Shown here: positions 50,480-60,378 of the stretch, one piece after another
Layout: the number at the start of each line of letters is the position of its first letter
Numbering within the stretch: the stretch's first letter is position 1
Origin: Polyangiaceae bacterium
Lineage (GTDB): Bacteria > Myxococcota_A > Polyangia > Polyangiales > Polyangiaceae
Direction of reading: 5' to 3'
Assembly: GCA_965222375.1 (NCBI GenBank)
Contig: CBDCTZ010000016.1
Span: 32,001-96,000, forward strand
Length of the DNA: 64,000 nucleotides
Position numbers and translations under genes: made by a program
The notes under the pieces: model-generated
What the model saw: the letters and a program-made list of their open reading frames with translations, nothing else
Told to the model about the DNA's origin: nothing
Database searches by the model: none

Positions 50480-51927
50480 ATGACAGCGCCTGACGCGGGT
50501 GAGGAAAACCCGGACCGCGAGCCAGCCAAACGATTGCGCCGCGCCGTAGTCGGAGGGACAGCCTATCTTGGGGCCGGCGCGAGCGCGCGTCTGCTGCAGC
50601 TCCTGGTTCTGCCGTTGGTGATGCGAGCTGTCTCCCCCGAGGTGTTCGGCAAGTACGTGCTGATTCGGGTCGCTCTGTTTCTCTTTCGCAGCCTGACGGA
50701 TCTGGGAACGAGCTCAGCGACGGTGCGCTACGCGGGGCGCGGAGCCACGGACTAGGGCCTGACCAACGCCAGCGTTTGGTGGGGGCGGGTGACGCTGGCT
50801 GGGACTGGGTCGGTGGCGCTCGTGACCCTCACCTACGCAGTTTCGCCAGCCCACACACCCGTCGCCGTGCTGGCAGCAGGAGCCTTCTTCAGCCTGAGCG
50901 TTGGCGACGCTTTGGCTGCCATCGCCCGAGCACAGGAGCGACACCGGCTGGTTGCGACGGCACATGTCGTAGGCGCGGTCATGGAGGCCACGAGCCTACT
51001 CGTTTTCGTGTGGTTGCTCGAACACGCCCTGGTTGGTCTGGCGGCATCCCTGTGCTTGCGTTTTGTGCGGCGTTCGGGGTGATTGCTCCGCGGGTGTTGG
51101 GCGCGGCGCTGGGTCGACCCAGTCTGTCCCGCTACGTCGCGTTGCTGCGCTTTGGCGTGCCAGCCGCGATTGCGGCACTGATGGGGACCCTGGGCGCAAT
51201 GGACCGCTGGTTGATCGAGCGGGTCTCGTCCCTGGCCAACGTAGCCGCGTACCACTTCGCGAGCATTCCGGGAGTGGTGATCGAAGTGGTGCAGCACGCC
51301 GTCTTCCACGCCGCCGAACCCTGGGTCTACGGCTCGAACGTGGCGTCGCGTGCCCGGGCATTGCAACGCCTGACACAGCTCTACTTCAGCGCGGCGACTG
51401 CGGCAGCACTCGTCGCGAGCCTTTCGGCGCCGGAAGTGTTGTTCGTTCTGGCGCCCCCGGAATATGGCGCCGCCCCCAGCGTCATCCCCTGGTTGACCTT
51501 CGCAGCCGTCTTGCGTGGTGGCGTTCGGATCGTCGGCATCGCAGCGGGCATTGCCCACCAAACGCGGCCGTGGGCGATCGCTGGCTTGATCGACTTGGCC
51601 TTGCTCGCGATCCTGATTGCCGGCGGCGTGCCGCATTTTGGTGTGCTTGCGGCGGGGATCGCTCGATTCGTCGCGGCGGCCGCGGGACTGGTCGCCTGCC
51701 ACCGCTTGTCGGAACTCGCATCGAAGTCGCGAATCCGGGCCGGGTGGGCCATTGGATGGGCAATCCTGTGCGCAGCGCTCTGCGTCGCGTGTATCGACGG
51801 TCCTCTGGGACCAGGGCAGCCCCTGACGATACGGGGAGCGGTGTTGTTCGCCTTGGGCCTGCTCACGCTCGTGTTGCACAAGCACGTCAGTTCCTCCCGT
51901 CTTCGAGGGCCGGCTGCATTAGGCTGA
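50480..51927 (+). pseudogene. Wzx/MOP-family flippase with in-frame TAG (50753) and frameshift near 51060
   Basis: LPLVMRAVSPEVFGKY..DLG; LLRFGVP..MDRWLIE..VAAY in a second frame. Confidence 0.75.
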
Positions 51928-51993
51928 CACCATGACGCGCACGCGGCGGCGGCTGATCCAAGTACGGCACGGCAAGTCCCAAGCAGGCGCTCG

Positions 51994-53568
51994 GTGCATC
52001 GCGTGAAACCACAAACCATCGAAACCGATGTTTGCATCATCGGCGCGGGGCCCGCCGGGGCGGTACTGGGCGCCAAGCTCACTCTGGCGGGCAAACGGGT
52101 CGTGATCCTCGAGCGAGGGCCAAAGTTCAAGGGACTCGTCACGCGCAAAGAGCTGGTCGCGAACCGCGCCGTACATCGGGCACCGATGAACTACCACGAC
52201 GCCCTCAAAGGCGATCAACCCGCGTTCCTCGCTGCCAGCGGCAGCAAGCGGCCGTACTTCTACAGCCGGGTGTCGGCTGCCGGCGGCACGAGTCTCACCT
52301 GGCGCGCATTCTGTCAGCGCCCCCTGGCGGAGGAGATGCAGGCGCGGAGTCAATTGGATCGCGGACGTGACTGGCCACTGAGCTACGACCAGCTCGAACC
52401 CTGGTTGACTGCAGCCGAAACTGAACTGGGGGTCGCGGGCGCGGACAGCCCCTATGCGTCTGCTCGCTCGAAACCTTTCCCTTTGCCCGCTCACGCTTTT
52501 TCCTACTGCGACCTGGCGCTACTGAAACCCGCCCTGCAGCGCCTGGGGTGGCACCTGCACAGCAACCCCGTCGCAATCGCGTCGCGCCCGTACCGAGGTC
52601 GACCGGCCTGCCGCGGCTGCCGCCAATGCGATCTATGCCCCTCGGGGGCGCGCTACTCGGCTGATCTGTCGCACTTGGCCTTCTTCCAAAGCAAGGGAGG
52701 GACGCTCTATCCGCACACTCAGGCCCTTCGGGTCGCCTTCGACTCCTCCGCACGCCGCATTGGGCACGTCCTCGCCGTCGATCGAAAGACTGGCAACAAG
52801 CTTCGAATCCGTGGTGAAAGCATCGTGATTGCCGCCGGCGGAGTGGAAAGTCCAAGGCTGCTCCAGCTATCTCTTCCCGTCCAAGCGACTGAATTCAGCG
52901 ACGCATTGGGCACGGGCTTTGGCGACAGCCTCGTGACCATCTCGACGCTGGTGCTCAAAGAGGAGACGGGGACGAGCCTGGGTTTCTCGACCTCCGCGAC
53001 GGATCACTTCCGCGTCGCCGCCAACCGCTCGGACCATGACGGCTTCCACCTGATGTTCGCCGCGGGGCGCTACGACTCCGAGGGCTTGCTGCGCTGGGTC
53101 ACGCGACATGGGAAGTACTCGCCGCAGCGCTACCAGGAGGCGGCGCGCCGCAGCGTCATGGTGGTGGCAACCGTCGAACTCGAAGCCAACGGCTCGATTG
53201 GACTGGCGCAGGATCGGCGCGACAGCAACAAGGACCCCATCCCTCGCATCGAGTACGCGGTGAGCGAGCGCGGCGAAAAAACAATGCAGGCGGCCACCAG
53301 TGCCATTGACGAGCTCGGGCGAGCTCTAGGCGCAGAACACGTGCACCATGGCACCAGTCACGGCTACCTGTGGGGCGGCAGCCCCCGGGGCGGCTGTGGC
53401 ATGGGCGAAGGCGGCGTCTGCGACGCAGACCTTCAGGTGCGCGGCACGGAGAATCTGTACGTGCTGAGTAGCGCGGCCTTCCCCCACTTGGGCAGCACCA
53501 GCCCGACGCTCACCCTCGTCGCGCTAGCGCTGAGATTGGCCAACAGGTTGGTGGCGAGCGTGCCATGA
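51994..53568 (+). CDS. GMC-family FAD oxidoreductase
   Basis: DVCIIGAGPAG, ILERG, WPLSYDQLEP, CRGCRQCDLCP, AAGGVESPRLL, PTLTLVALALR. Confidence 0.9.
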   Translation: MHRVKPQTIETDVCIIGAGPAGAVLGAKLTLAGKRVVILERGPKFKGLVTRKELVANRAVHRAPMNYHDALKGDQPAFLAASGSKRPYFYSRVSAAGGTSLTWRAFCQRPLAEEMQARSQLDRGRDWPLSYDQLEPWLTAAETELGVAGADSPYASARSKPFPLPAHAFSYCDLALLKPALQRLGWHLHSNPVAIASRPYRGRPACRGCRQCDLCPSGARYSADLSHLAFFQSKGGTLYPHTQALRVAFDSSARRIGHVLAVDRKTGNKLRIRGESIVIAAGGVESPRLLQLSLPVQATEFSDALGTGFGDSLVTISTLVLKEETGTSLGFSTSATDHFRVAANRSDHDGFHLMFAAGRYDSEGLLRWVTRHGKYSPQRYQEAARRSVMVVATVELEANGSIGLAQDRRDSNKDPIPRIEYAVSERGEKTMQAATSAIDELGRALGAEHVHHGTSHGYLWGGSPRGGCGMGEGGVCDADLQVRGTENLYVLSSAAFPHLGSTSPTLTLVALALRLANRLVASVP

Positions 53569-54038
53569 GGCTACCGCGGCGCAGAGTGCTCTTCTTCCTA
53601 GGCTCCCTGGGAGCCGCTGCTGCTGGAGTCTGGGTGTTGTTGCTACGCCTGCGTGGGCCAAGCTCCGGCCCGGAAACTGAGCAGGCGCCGGTTTCCACGG
53701 CGCGTCAGCGATTGGTCCGCGGGCTGCTTGGTGTGACGACCGGCGCCGCTTTGGACAATCCTACCCGAGGGAATTCCCTGCTGCGTGTGCCCGATAGCGT
53801 GAATCTGCGCTCCCTCGCCGAACGCGTTGAAGGAGCACTCGCCGAGGGCGGCGAACTTCGATTGAAGGAATTGGCCAAAGACGAGCGCGAGTGGGTCTGG
53901 CGGCTCATCGCGGATCTTCAAGACACTCAACCTGCGCGCGAGGCTGCCCGGGTCGATCCGTCGGGTTGTTTGGAGGACGCTGCCCTTCACACCCTGTCCC
54001 CCGAGGCTCTGCGAAGGCGTTTTCGGCGCCGGCCCTAA
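53565..54038 (+). CDS. Small membrane-anchored/Tat-like protein, possible GMC partner
   Basis: RRRVLFFLG N-terminus; ATGA overlap with the GMC gene. Confidence 0.55.
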   Translation: MRLPRRRVLFFLGSLGAAAAGVWVLLLRLRGPSSGPETEQAPVSTARQRLVRGLLGVTTGAALDNPTRGNSLLRVPDSVNLRSLAERVEGALAEGGELRLKELAKDEREWVWRLIADLQDTQPAREAARVDPSGCLEDAALHTLSPEALRRRFRRRP

Positions 54039-56848
54039 GGCTGGTCTTCGAACCAGGGCGCACCATCCCCACAGCGGTGTACACGCAGCCGCGTGATGCG
54101 AGTCTCAGGCGCTTCGGCGTCCCATAACGTCCAGGTCGCGAGTCGGAGCTTGACCCAGCGGCCATCCCACTCGCTGAGGGGAAGGTCTGCGAGATCGATC
54201 TGCTCTTTGTCAGGCCCCAGCTCGACCCGCGACAGGCGAACGACATCAGAGCCGTACATGATTCCGACATCCAAGGCGGCGCCCGCAGACTTTTCGGAGC
54301 GCGGCTCTCGCAATCCGGTCAGCGCGATGCAACGACCCTTCTTGGCCAATACCGGGATCAAGACTTCTGTCGGAGGCACCCCTCTGGCTTCCGGCTGCAT
54401 CACCAGCCCGGCGCCACTCACCCGAGCCTGACCTTGGGTGAGCTCGAATTCGCTTCGGTGCAGGTTGAGAGCCAAGTTGACCAGGCTGCTGCATGCTCCC
54501 AATCGTGGTCGCCGAAAGACGCCACGGTTGTTGCTCCGGCCTTGCGCACTGACCCCGAGACGCAAAACCACATCCCGCCCTGCCCAAGGCGCCAGAGGCA
54601 ATTCCATGGGCAGAGCGTCGGCACCTGGTTTCGCCGTGTAATGCACGACCCGGGGGCGGTCGTAGCCATCGATGATGTGCGCCTCGACTTCAACTGGGTC
54701 CGGGTCGTCTCCGGCCACACTCAGCTGCCCGAAGAAGCACGTGTCCTTGCAGGGGACGGTGGGCAAGAACATCTCGGCCAGGGGTTGGCCGGGTGCGTTG
54801 GGGCGAAGTTGCAAGTCGTCGCCGTTCACCTCCGGTGACGTCCAACGCGGCATCGCCCGATCATGAGCGCGCGCGAACTCTGTGCCCGCCTCACAGTTCT
54901 TCGGTAGCGCGCGCGGCTCGTCTCCGGGCGCAAGCTCCATCAGACTGTGAATTCTCAGCGATGCACTCTTGGGTGAAGCCGGGCGTGGCGCAACGGAGAT
55001 CACCATGCGATCCGCGAAACGTTCGATCTTTGGCGCGCGGCCCGCAACCCAGCGCCATTCCGCCACGTCCGCAACCACGGGCAGGATGGTCGTGAGGTTG
55101 TCGCCAACACCGGCGTAGGGCACGCTCATGGGGCGGGACAGGGGCTCGTCGCCGTCAAAGAAGCGTACCGTCAAGATGGGCGCGCCCCCGACGAGCAGCC
55201 GAGCTGCGCTGATGCCGAGGGAGTACTCGAGGCGCACGGCGTTTTCCCAGGGCACGCGCCGACCAAACGGAATGCTCACCCGCGCCGGAAGCGCCAGCTC
55301 CGTCTCCGCAGTCAAATCCGCGAACAGCGGCCTCTGCTTGGGTCGCACGGGAACTGCCCGCAATACCGAGGCCACCAGGTCCGGACCCAGCATCTCCCTT
55401 GGTTCATACAGTTCGTGCTGGGCCAGCATGATGTCGCTGAAGCCCCAGCTACCGCCGTCAAAGGAAATGATCTCCCGGGCAGCGTGAGGGCATCGTTTCT
55501 CTCGAATTCGATCGGCCATGGCGCGCTGCAGGGGTTCGGACCAACCCAGCATGAGTTCCGTGGGTCCAGGCACGCCCGTGAGTGCATGCAGGGACTCCGC
55601 GCTGCCTGGCAGGCCGATGCAGCCGCCGTCTTTCGGTTGGTTTGCTTCCACCCAACGCCGTAGCCGCGCAAATTCGCCCTGGTACTCGACGCGGGGCGGA
55701 GCGCGCAGTGCCCGGTACAAAGCGACAAAGCGGGTCGGTTCCCATGCGGATGGGCGATCGCGATGGCTGCCGAACCATGCAAGCCCGAATATCAAAGACA
55801 GAAGACCGGCGAACCCCGCCACAAAACGCTGCGTGCGTAGGGTCCGCGCGCAGACCAGTACGAGCACGGCAGCCAGCGGAACCAACCCCGCATACAGATG
55901 CTCTGCGTCGGCACGGAGCACGGTGCGGTACGCCAGGGGCAGCGCGCCCACCAACCAGGTACCGATCACCGGTTCGACCCGTAGCAAAGCAATGATCCCC
56001 GAAAGTAGCGTCGCGAAAACCACGAACGCGATGGCCGCTGCCGGATCGAAACCAGTGGGGGCGAGCAGCATGGTCGTGCCGTAGGCGTGCACGATGTCAA
56101 AGGAGCTCTTGACGAAGTGTGCGTAACTGCCCCCAAGCAGGGCCAACACACCCGCGACGACGAACTGCCACAAAGCGACCGCCGCAAGTGCACGCAGCCC
56201 CCTGACCAGCGCGGGGCGTCCTCCCGCCAACACGAAAGACTCGTAGCCGCACATGACGAGCAGGCTCGCCAGGCTCAATAGGCCGGTGTCGAAAGAGAGC
56301 AGCACGCCTACCGTCACCAGACCGCCCACGATCAAGTCCCGGCGACGGGTCGTCGCTTGTCGAGGTGCCTCGGCGGCGTAGTACAGGACGACCGAGAGGG
56401 GCAGGATCGCGCGAAAGGTCCGAACGTCGTCGTGCAACGCAAACACGCTCATCCCCAACAAGGCCGCTGCCCGAACCCGCGGCGACAGAGGCTGGGACAA
56501 CACCAGCAACGTGCAAACCACCAAGGAAGCGAGGGGAAAGACGAGATGCAAGCCGGCGACGACCCGAGGACCCGTCAGCGGAGACCCCAGAGTGGGCAGT
56601 GTGGCCAGGGCTTGCCACAGCGGTCCGATCGGATAGGCGAGTTCCCGACCCACCCAGCGGCCCTGGCGCGCAGCCCACGGCAACATCAACTCCCAGCCGT
56701 AGTCCCACTTGCGGCGCTCGAGCATCCAATCGTCGAAGGACAGATGCCACCACAGGGCGTTCGCGACGACCGCGCAGGTCAGATAGCCGAGCACTATCAG
56801 ACTCAGCCTCCCGGGCTTCTTCAGACGTTGGATCAGTTCTGTGGACAT
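54035..56848 (-). CDS. Large polytopic membrane protein with extracytoplasmic C-terminal domains (paralog 2)
   Basis: WDYGWELMLPWAARQGRWVGRELAYPIGPLWQALA, ~10 TM. Confidence 0.8.
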   Translation of the reverse strand: MSTELIQRLKKPGRLSLIVLGYLTCAVVANALWWHLSFDDWMLERRKWDYGWELMLPWAARQGRWVGRELAYPIGPLWQALATLPTLGSPLTGPRVVAGLHLVFPLASLVVCTLLVLSQPLSPRVRAAALLGMSVFALHDDVRTFRAILPLSVVLYYAAEAPRQATTRRRDLIVGGLVTVGVLLSFDTGLLSLASLLVMCGYESFVLAGGRPALVRGLRALAAVALWQFVVAGVLALLGGSYAHFVKSSFDIVHAYGTTMLLAPTGFDPAAAIAFVVFATLLSGIIALLRVEPVIGTWLVGALPLAYRTVLRADAEHLYAGLVPLAAVLVLVCARTLRTQRFVAGFAGLLSLIFGLAWFGSHRDRPSAWEPTRFVALYRALRAPPRVEYQGEFARLRRWVEANQPKDGGCIGLPGSAESLHALTGVPGPTELMLGWSEPLQRAMADRIREKRCPHAAREIISFDGGSWGFSDIMLAQHELYEPREMLGPDLVASVLRAVPVRPKQRPLFADLTAETELALPARVSIPFGRRVPWENAVRLEYSLGISAARLLVGGAPILTVRFFDGDEPLSRPMSVPYAGVGDNLTTILPVVADVAEWRWVAGRAPKIERFADRMVISVAPRPASPKSASLRIHSLMELAPGDEPRALPKNCEAGTEFARAHDRAMPRWTSPEVNGDDLQLRPNAPGQPLAEMFLPTVPCKDTCFFGQLSVAGDDPDPVEVEAHIIDGYDRPRVVHYTAKPGADALPMELPLAPWAGRDVVLRLGVSAQGRSNNRGVFRRPRLGACSSLVNLALNLHRSEFELTQGQARVSGAGLVMQPEARGVPPTEVLIPVLAKKGRCIALTGLREPRSEKSAGAALDVGIMYGSDVVRLSRVELGPDKEQIDLADLPLSEWDGRWVKLRLATWTLWDAEAPETRITRLRVHRCGDGAPWFEDQP

Positions 56849-59667
56849 GACCCAACACTGAAGTTCTGAAGCAACAAACGCGCGTCTTTCGAACCCGCGA
56901 TCACCCGCGTTTCCAAGCTGAGCGCAAGGTGCCGCCGGAACCAGTCGTGGAGCGAGAAGATCAGATCTGGTGGGTCTTGGCTGGCCGACAGCGTCTCACG
57001 ATAAAGTCGGTGCCTTCGGCCATCCACCTCGACCCACACCGCAAGCTCCAACCGAGTGCTCTCACCGCCCTCCAATTTCGGTTGGGCGCGAACGCAGGTG
57101 TCAGCGCTGACGTAGAAGGGGTAGCTGAGCGCCGCGTTCGGCGACATGGCGACATAGGACGGTCCTTCGGGGCGTGCCCAACCCTTTGGGACTCGAACCA
57201 ACCGGCGCCGCAACTTCTCAGCGACCACGGCGCGGTTGCTGCAACGATTCAGACGGGGTTTGCCAACGAACAGAAAGTCGTTTGCCGGGCTGTCTCGGGT
57301 CTCGGAGCCGAGGCGGAGCAAGACGTCCCGGTCCTTCCAGCGGTCCAAGGGCAATTCGATCTTGTGTGCCTGCTCGCCGGGCAAGACCACCTGGCGGAAG
57401 ATGACCGGACGCTGATCCGCATCGTGCACATGCACCTCTGCCAACGCACCGTCGCCTGAACCTTTGGGCATTTCGATACCCAGTTCCATGTACAGACAGG
57501 TGGAGCCGCAGGGGCGAACCGGAAAATACACTTCAGCGGGCTGCTCGGGCTTGGGCGTGGGGTGCAACAAGAAGCGCTGCTCCGTGGGTCGAACGGCAAC
57601 CCCACGCGGCATCGCGGCGCCCGACTGCACCGACTCCAACAAGTCGGCTTTCGGCGTGCAGTGCGCCTTGCGCGGCGTGACAACCTTGGTCCGTGGGGAC
57701 CAAGCCTCAGCCGCGTGAACCACGAACTCGATCTCGCTCGGTGACAATCTCCCCCGAGGCGCGAAACGCAGCCGCACTGAATCCGCTCGCGCGGGCTCCT
57801 TGCGTGCACGCGCGACTATCCAGCGCCACTCGGCGTCGACAGGGTCGACGGCCAGAGTCGCTTTTGTCCGTGTGTTGATCGCAACATCCGTCCAAGGCAC
57901 TTCAGCACTCACCGCTTTTCCGTCGCGTTCGAAGCGGTAGAAGATCTCCGGCGACGCCCCCAACATGCGCGTCAGCTCTTGGATTTCGAAACTGTGGTCC
58001 AACCACAGGAAGTCGGGCCCGGTGAGCTCTCGGCCCAGCGACAGAACCAGTTCACCAGGGACCGAAACCGTCGTCGTGCGGCCCACCTCGGCAAGGGGTA
58101 GCGACTGCCGCTTGGGAGGAAGGGGCACTTGCCTGAGGCGCATCGCGAAAGTCGCCGGCCCTAGGCGCCGCTCGACTTCGTACAGTTCGCTGATCACGAA
58201 CAGGTCTTCTCCCAAGAACCAATTCGGCTGGTCAGGGCGATCGAAGCTGCCGATCTGATACACGAAGGTGGGGCAACGCTCCTCACGAATCCGCTGGCCG
58301 AGCCGGCGCTGCTGCTCGCTGTTCCAGCGCAACGCGATGCTCGTGGGGCCCGGCAGGTCCGCTAGTGCGTGAGCCACTGAGAGCCCCGGTGACAGACTCA
58401 CGCAAGCTCCGTCGAGGGTTCGCTTCTTGTCTCGCAAGAAGGCGGTGGTCGTCGAAATGTCGGTCGCGAAGTCCAGTTGGGGCTTTCGCTCACCGCGCCG
58501 TACTTTCGACGCCTCGGCAAAGACCTTGGGACTGAGCCAGAGGTTTTCGGAGCGCGCGCCGTACCAGCCGAGTAGGAAGATGGCGGCGAGGAGCGCCGTC
58601 GCCGAGCGGGTCTTCGTCGTGCCTGCGCTGGGCCGGGCGGCGATCACGATCAGCACGCCTACCAATGGCAGCACTCCCATGAACACATGCCCGGCGTTGG
58701 GCTGTGGAATGGCGAAGACCGCGAGGGGCAACGCTCCGGCGATCCAGCACGCCTCCAACGCGCGCCGCTCTCGGGATGCGACCCCGAACAAGGCAACCAT
58801 GCAGGCGCACACCACGAGCAGGATCACATTCGCCGCATTGTCCTCTGCGGTCTTCGCGAGAGTGACTGCGTAGGACGCCGCCATGGCGCGCTGCTCCGCA
58901 ACATACTCAGTCGGACTCACACCGAGCCCAAGACCGATGGCGCACACGCCGGCGAGCCAGCCAGCCTGCGCGACGAGGTACAGCGCAAATCGCCTCAACC
59001 CAGGTCGCAACGGAAGTCCGTGGCGCCACCGAAGGAGCAGCTCGACACACGCCATCAAGCCGACGGTTCCCCCCGCCAACACCAAGCGGTCGAGGGAGAG
59101 CAGCGCTGCCACGGTGGCGACACCCGCCGCGAGGACGGCATCGCGTGCCGTGGGTCGCCGCTCGCTCGACTCACTGGGCAAGTAGAGCAGCACGTGGGCG
59201 AGCGAAAGCATCGGCCTCAGGGTCGCGACGCCGGCGCCATAGCAGAGCAGCCCAAGCAAGCCATATACAAGCAGGCGAGCGAGGGGATGCTTGGTGCTGC
59301 GCCATGCAATGACGAAGGAGAGGATCACGCCGAGGGCTTGCACCACGGCTTGCATGCCAGCGGCCGCGTGCGCTGCATCGAACGCGCCGGGCAAGGCGCC
59401 AAAGTAGGCGAGCGCTTGCCACAAGGGGCCCATGGGGAAGTGGAAGTCGCGACCGACCCATTGCCCGTGGCTAGCGTGCCAAGGCAGCGACAGCTGCCAA
59501 GAGTAGTCCACGGGGTTCGAAAGCAAGGTCCGCGAGTCCCACAGGCGAAAACGCACATAGGCACCAGCGGCGATGGCTGCGGTAGCATACAGGGAGAACA
59601 AAGCCACCGGTAGGTGACGAAGAAAGCGCCGCGCCCGCCCCAGATTCTGGCTCGGCTGCTCCGTCAC
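56833..59667 (-). CDS. Large polytopic membrane protein (paralog 1; start uncertain, up to 59730)
   Basis: VDYSWQLSLPWHASHGQWVGRDFHFPMGPLWQALA, same architecture. Confidence 0.8.
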   Translation of the reverse strand: MTEQPSQNLGRARRFLRHLPVALFSLYATAAIAAGAYVRFRLWDSRTLLSNPVDYSWQLSLPWHASHGQWVGRDFHFPMGPLWQALAYFGALPGAFDAAHAAAGMQAVVQALGVILSFVIAWRSTKHPLARLLVYGLLGLLCYGAGVATLRPMLSLAHVLLYLPSESSERRPTARDAVLAAGVATVAALLSLDRLVLAGGTVGLMACVELLLRWRHGLPLRPGLRRFALYLVAQAGWLAGVCAIGLGLGVSPTEYVAEQRAMAASYAVTLAKTAEDNAANVILLVVCACMVALFGVASRERRALEACWIAGALPLAVFAIPQPNAGHVFMGVLPLVGVLIVIAARPSAGTTKTRSATALLAAIFLLGWYGARSENLWLSPKVFAEASKVRRGERKPQLDFATDISTTTAFLRDKKRTLDGACVSLSPGLSVAHALADLPGPTSIALRWNSEQQRRLGQRIREERCPTFVYQIGSFDRPDQPNWFLGEDLFVISELYEVERRLGPATFAMRLRQVPLPPKRQSLPLAEVGRTTTVSVPGELVLSLGRELTGPDFLWLDHSFEIQELTRMLGASPEIFYRFERDGKAVSAEVPWTDVAINTRTKATLAVDPVDAEWRWIVARARKEPARADSVRLRFAPRGRLSPSEIEFVVHAAEAWSPRTKVVTPRKAHCTPKADLLESVQSGAAMPRGVAVRPTEQRFLLHPTPKPEQPAEVYFPVRPCGSTCLYMELGIEMPKGSGDGALAEVHVHDADQRPVIFRQVVLPGEQAHKIELPLDRWKDRDVLLRLGSETRDSPANDFLFVGKPRLNRCSNRAVVAEKLRRRLVRVPKGWARPEGPSYVAMSPNAALSYPFYVSADTCVRAQPKLEGGESTRLELAVWVEVDGRRHRLYRETLSASQDPPDLIFSLHDWFRRHLALSLETRVIAGSKDARLLLQNFSVGSCPQN

Positions 59668-59748
59668 ACTTGTGTCCTGCTCTTTCACGACGTTAGAACG
59701 GCTCGGGTGGCTTCCGGCACCAAACGGCATGCAGCAATCCGGCGTGCC

Positions 59749-60378
59749 ATGGCGCTACGGCTCGAGGATAAGCCGGAGCTCGGCGCGTACCACGTCGACT
59801 TTGCATCGATGGTGCGGCGGATGCGGGCAATCGAGGCCATTTGCGAGAAGAGCGACAGGATCCTCTTCCTCGGGGATGACGATCTCGCATCGCTAGCCGT
59901 GCATTTCTTGGGCTATCACAACCTAACGGTTCTGGATCTCGACCAGCAGCTCCTCGCAGTCGTCAAGAAGCACTCCCGAGGCCGGATCCGCACCGTCCCC
60001 CACGATCTACGCGGGGTCTATCGGGGGCGCCTTCCCCGCCTGGGCGTGAAGTTCGACTTGTTCGTCACCGACCCGCCCTACGGCGCCGACGGGCTTCGGG
60101 CGTTCAGCGGCGTCGGTCTGGCCAATCTCGCGCTGGGCGGGATGGGTCTGGTGGCGACTCCGGAACGCAAGGCACCCGTGACCAACGTCGGCGATCCGGA
60201 AACTCTGACCCACTCGCTGCAGGAGTTCCTCATCGCCAGTGGTGGGCTGCTACTCCGCGCAGACTCGGCCGCCATCCGCTCCTATCATGGCACGGTCGCG
60301 ACGATGCTTTGGTTGAAGAAGCACACGCGACGCAAGCCCCGATTCGATCTCCTAGAGGGCCCCGGTGCCTTCTACTGA
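59749..60378 (+). CDS. BpsA/DUF43-like aminopropyl- or methyltransferase domain protein
   Basis: ILFLGDDDLASLA, VLDLD, HDLR, FDLFVTDPPY. Confidence 0.75.
   Translation: MALRLEDKPELGAYHVDFASMVRRMRAIEAICEKSDRILFLGDDDLASLAVHFLGYHNLTVLDLDQQLLAVVKKHSRGRIRTVPHDLRGVYRGRLPRLGVKFDLFVTDPPYGADGLRAFSGVGLANLALGGMGLVATPERKAPVTNVGDPETLTHSLQEFLIASGGLLLRADSAAIRSYHGTVATMLWLKKHTRRKPRFDLLEGPGAFY

Noticed and set aside
40929..50755. Pyrrolysine or amber recoding
   Set aside because: TAG serves as a normal stop elsewhere (bioF, the transglutaminase gene), no pyl genes are visible, and the flippase is also frameshifted
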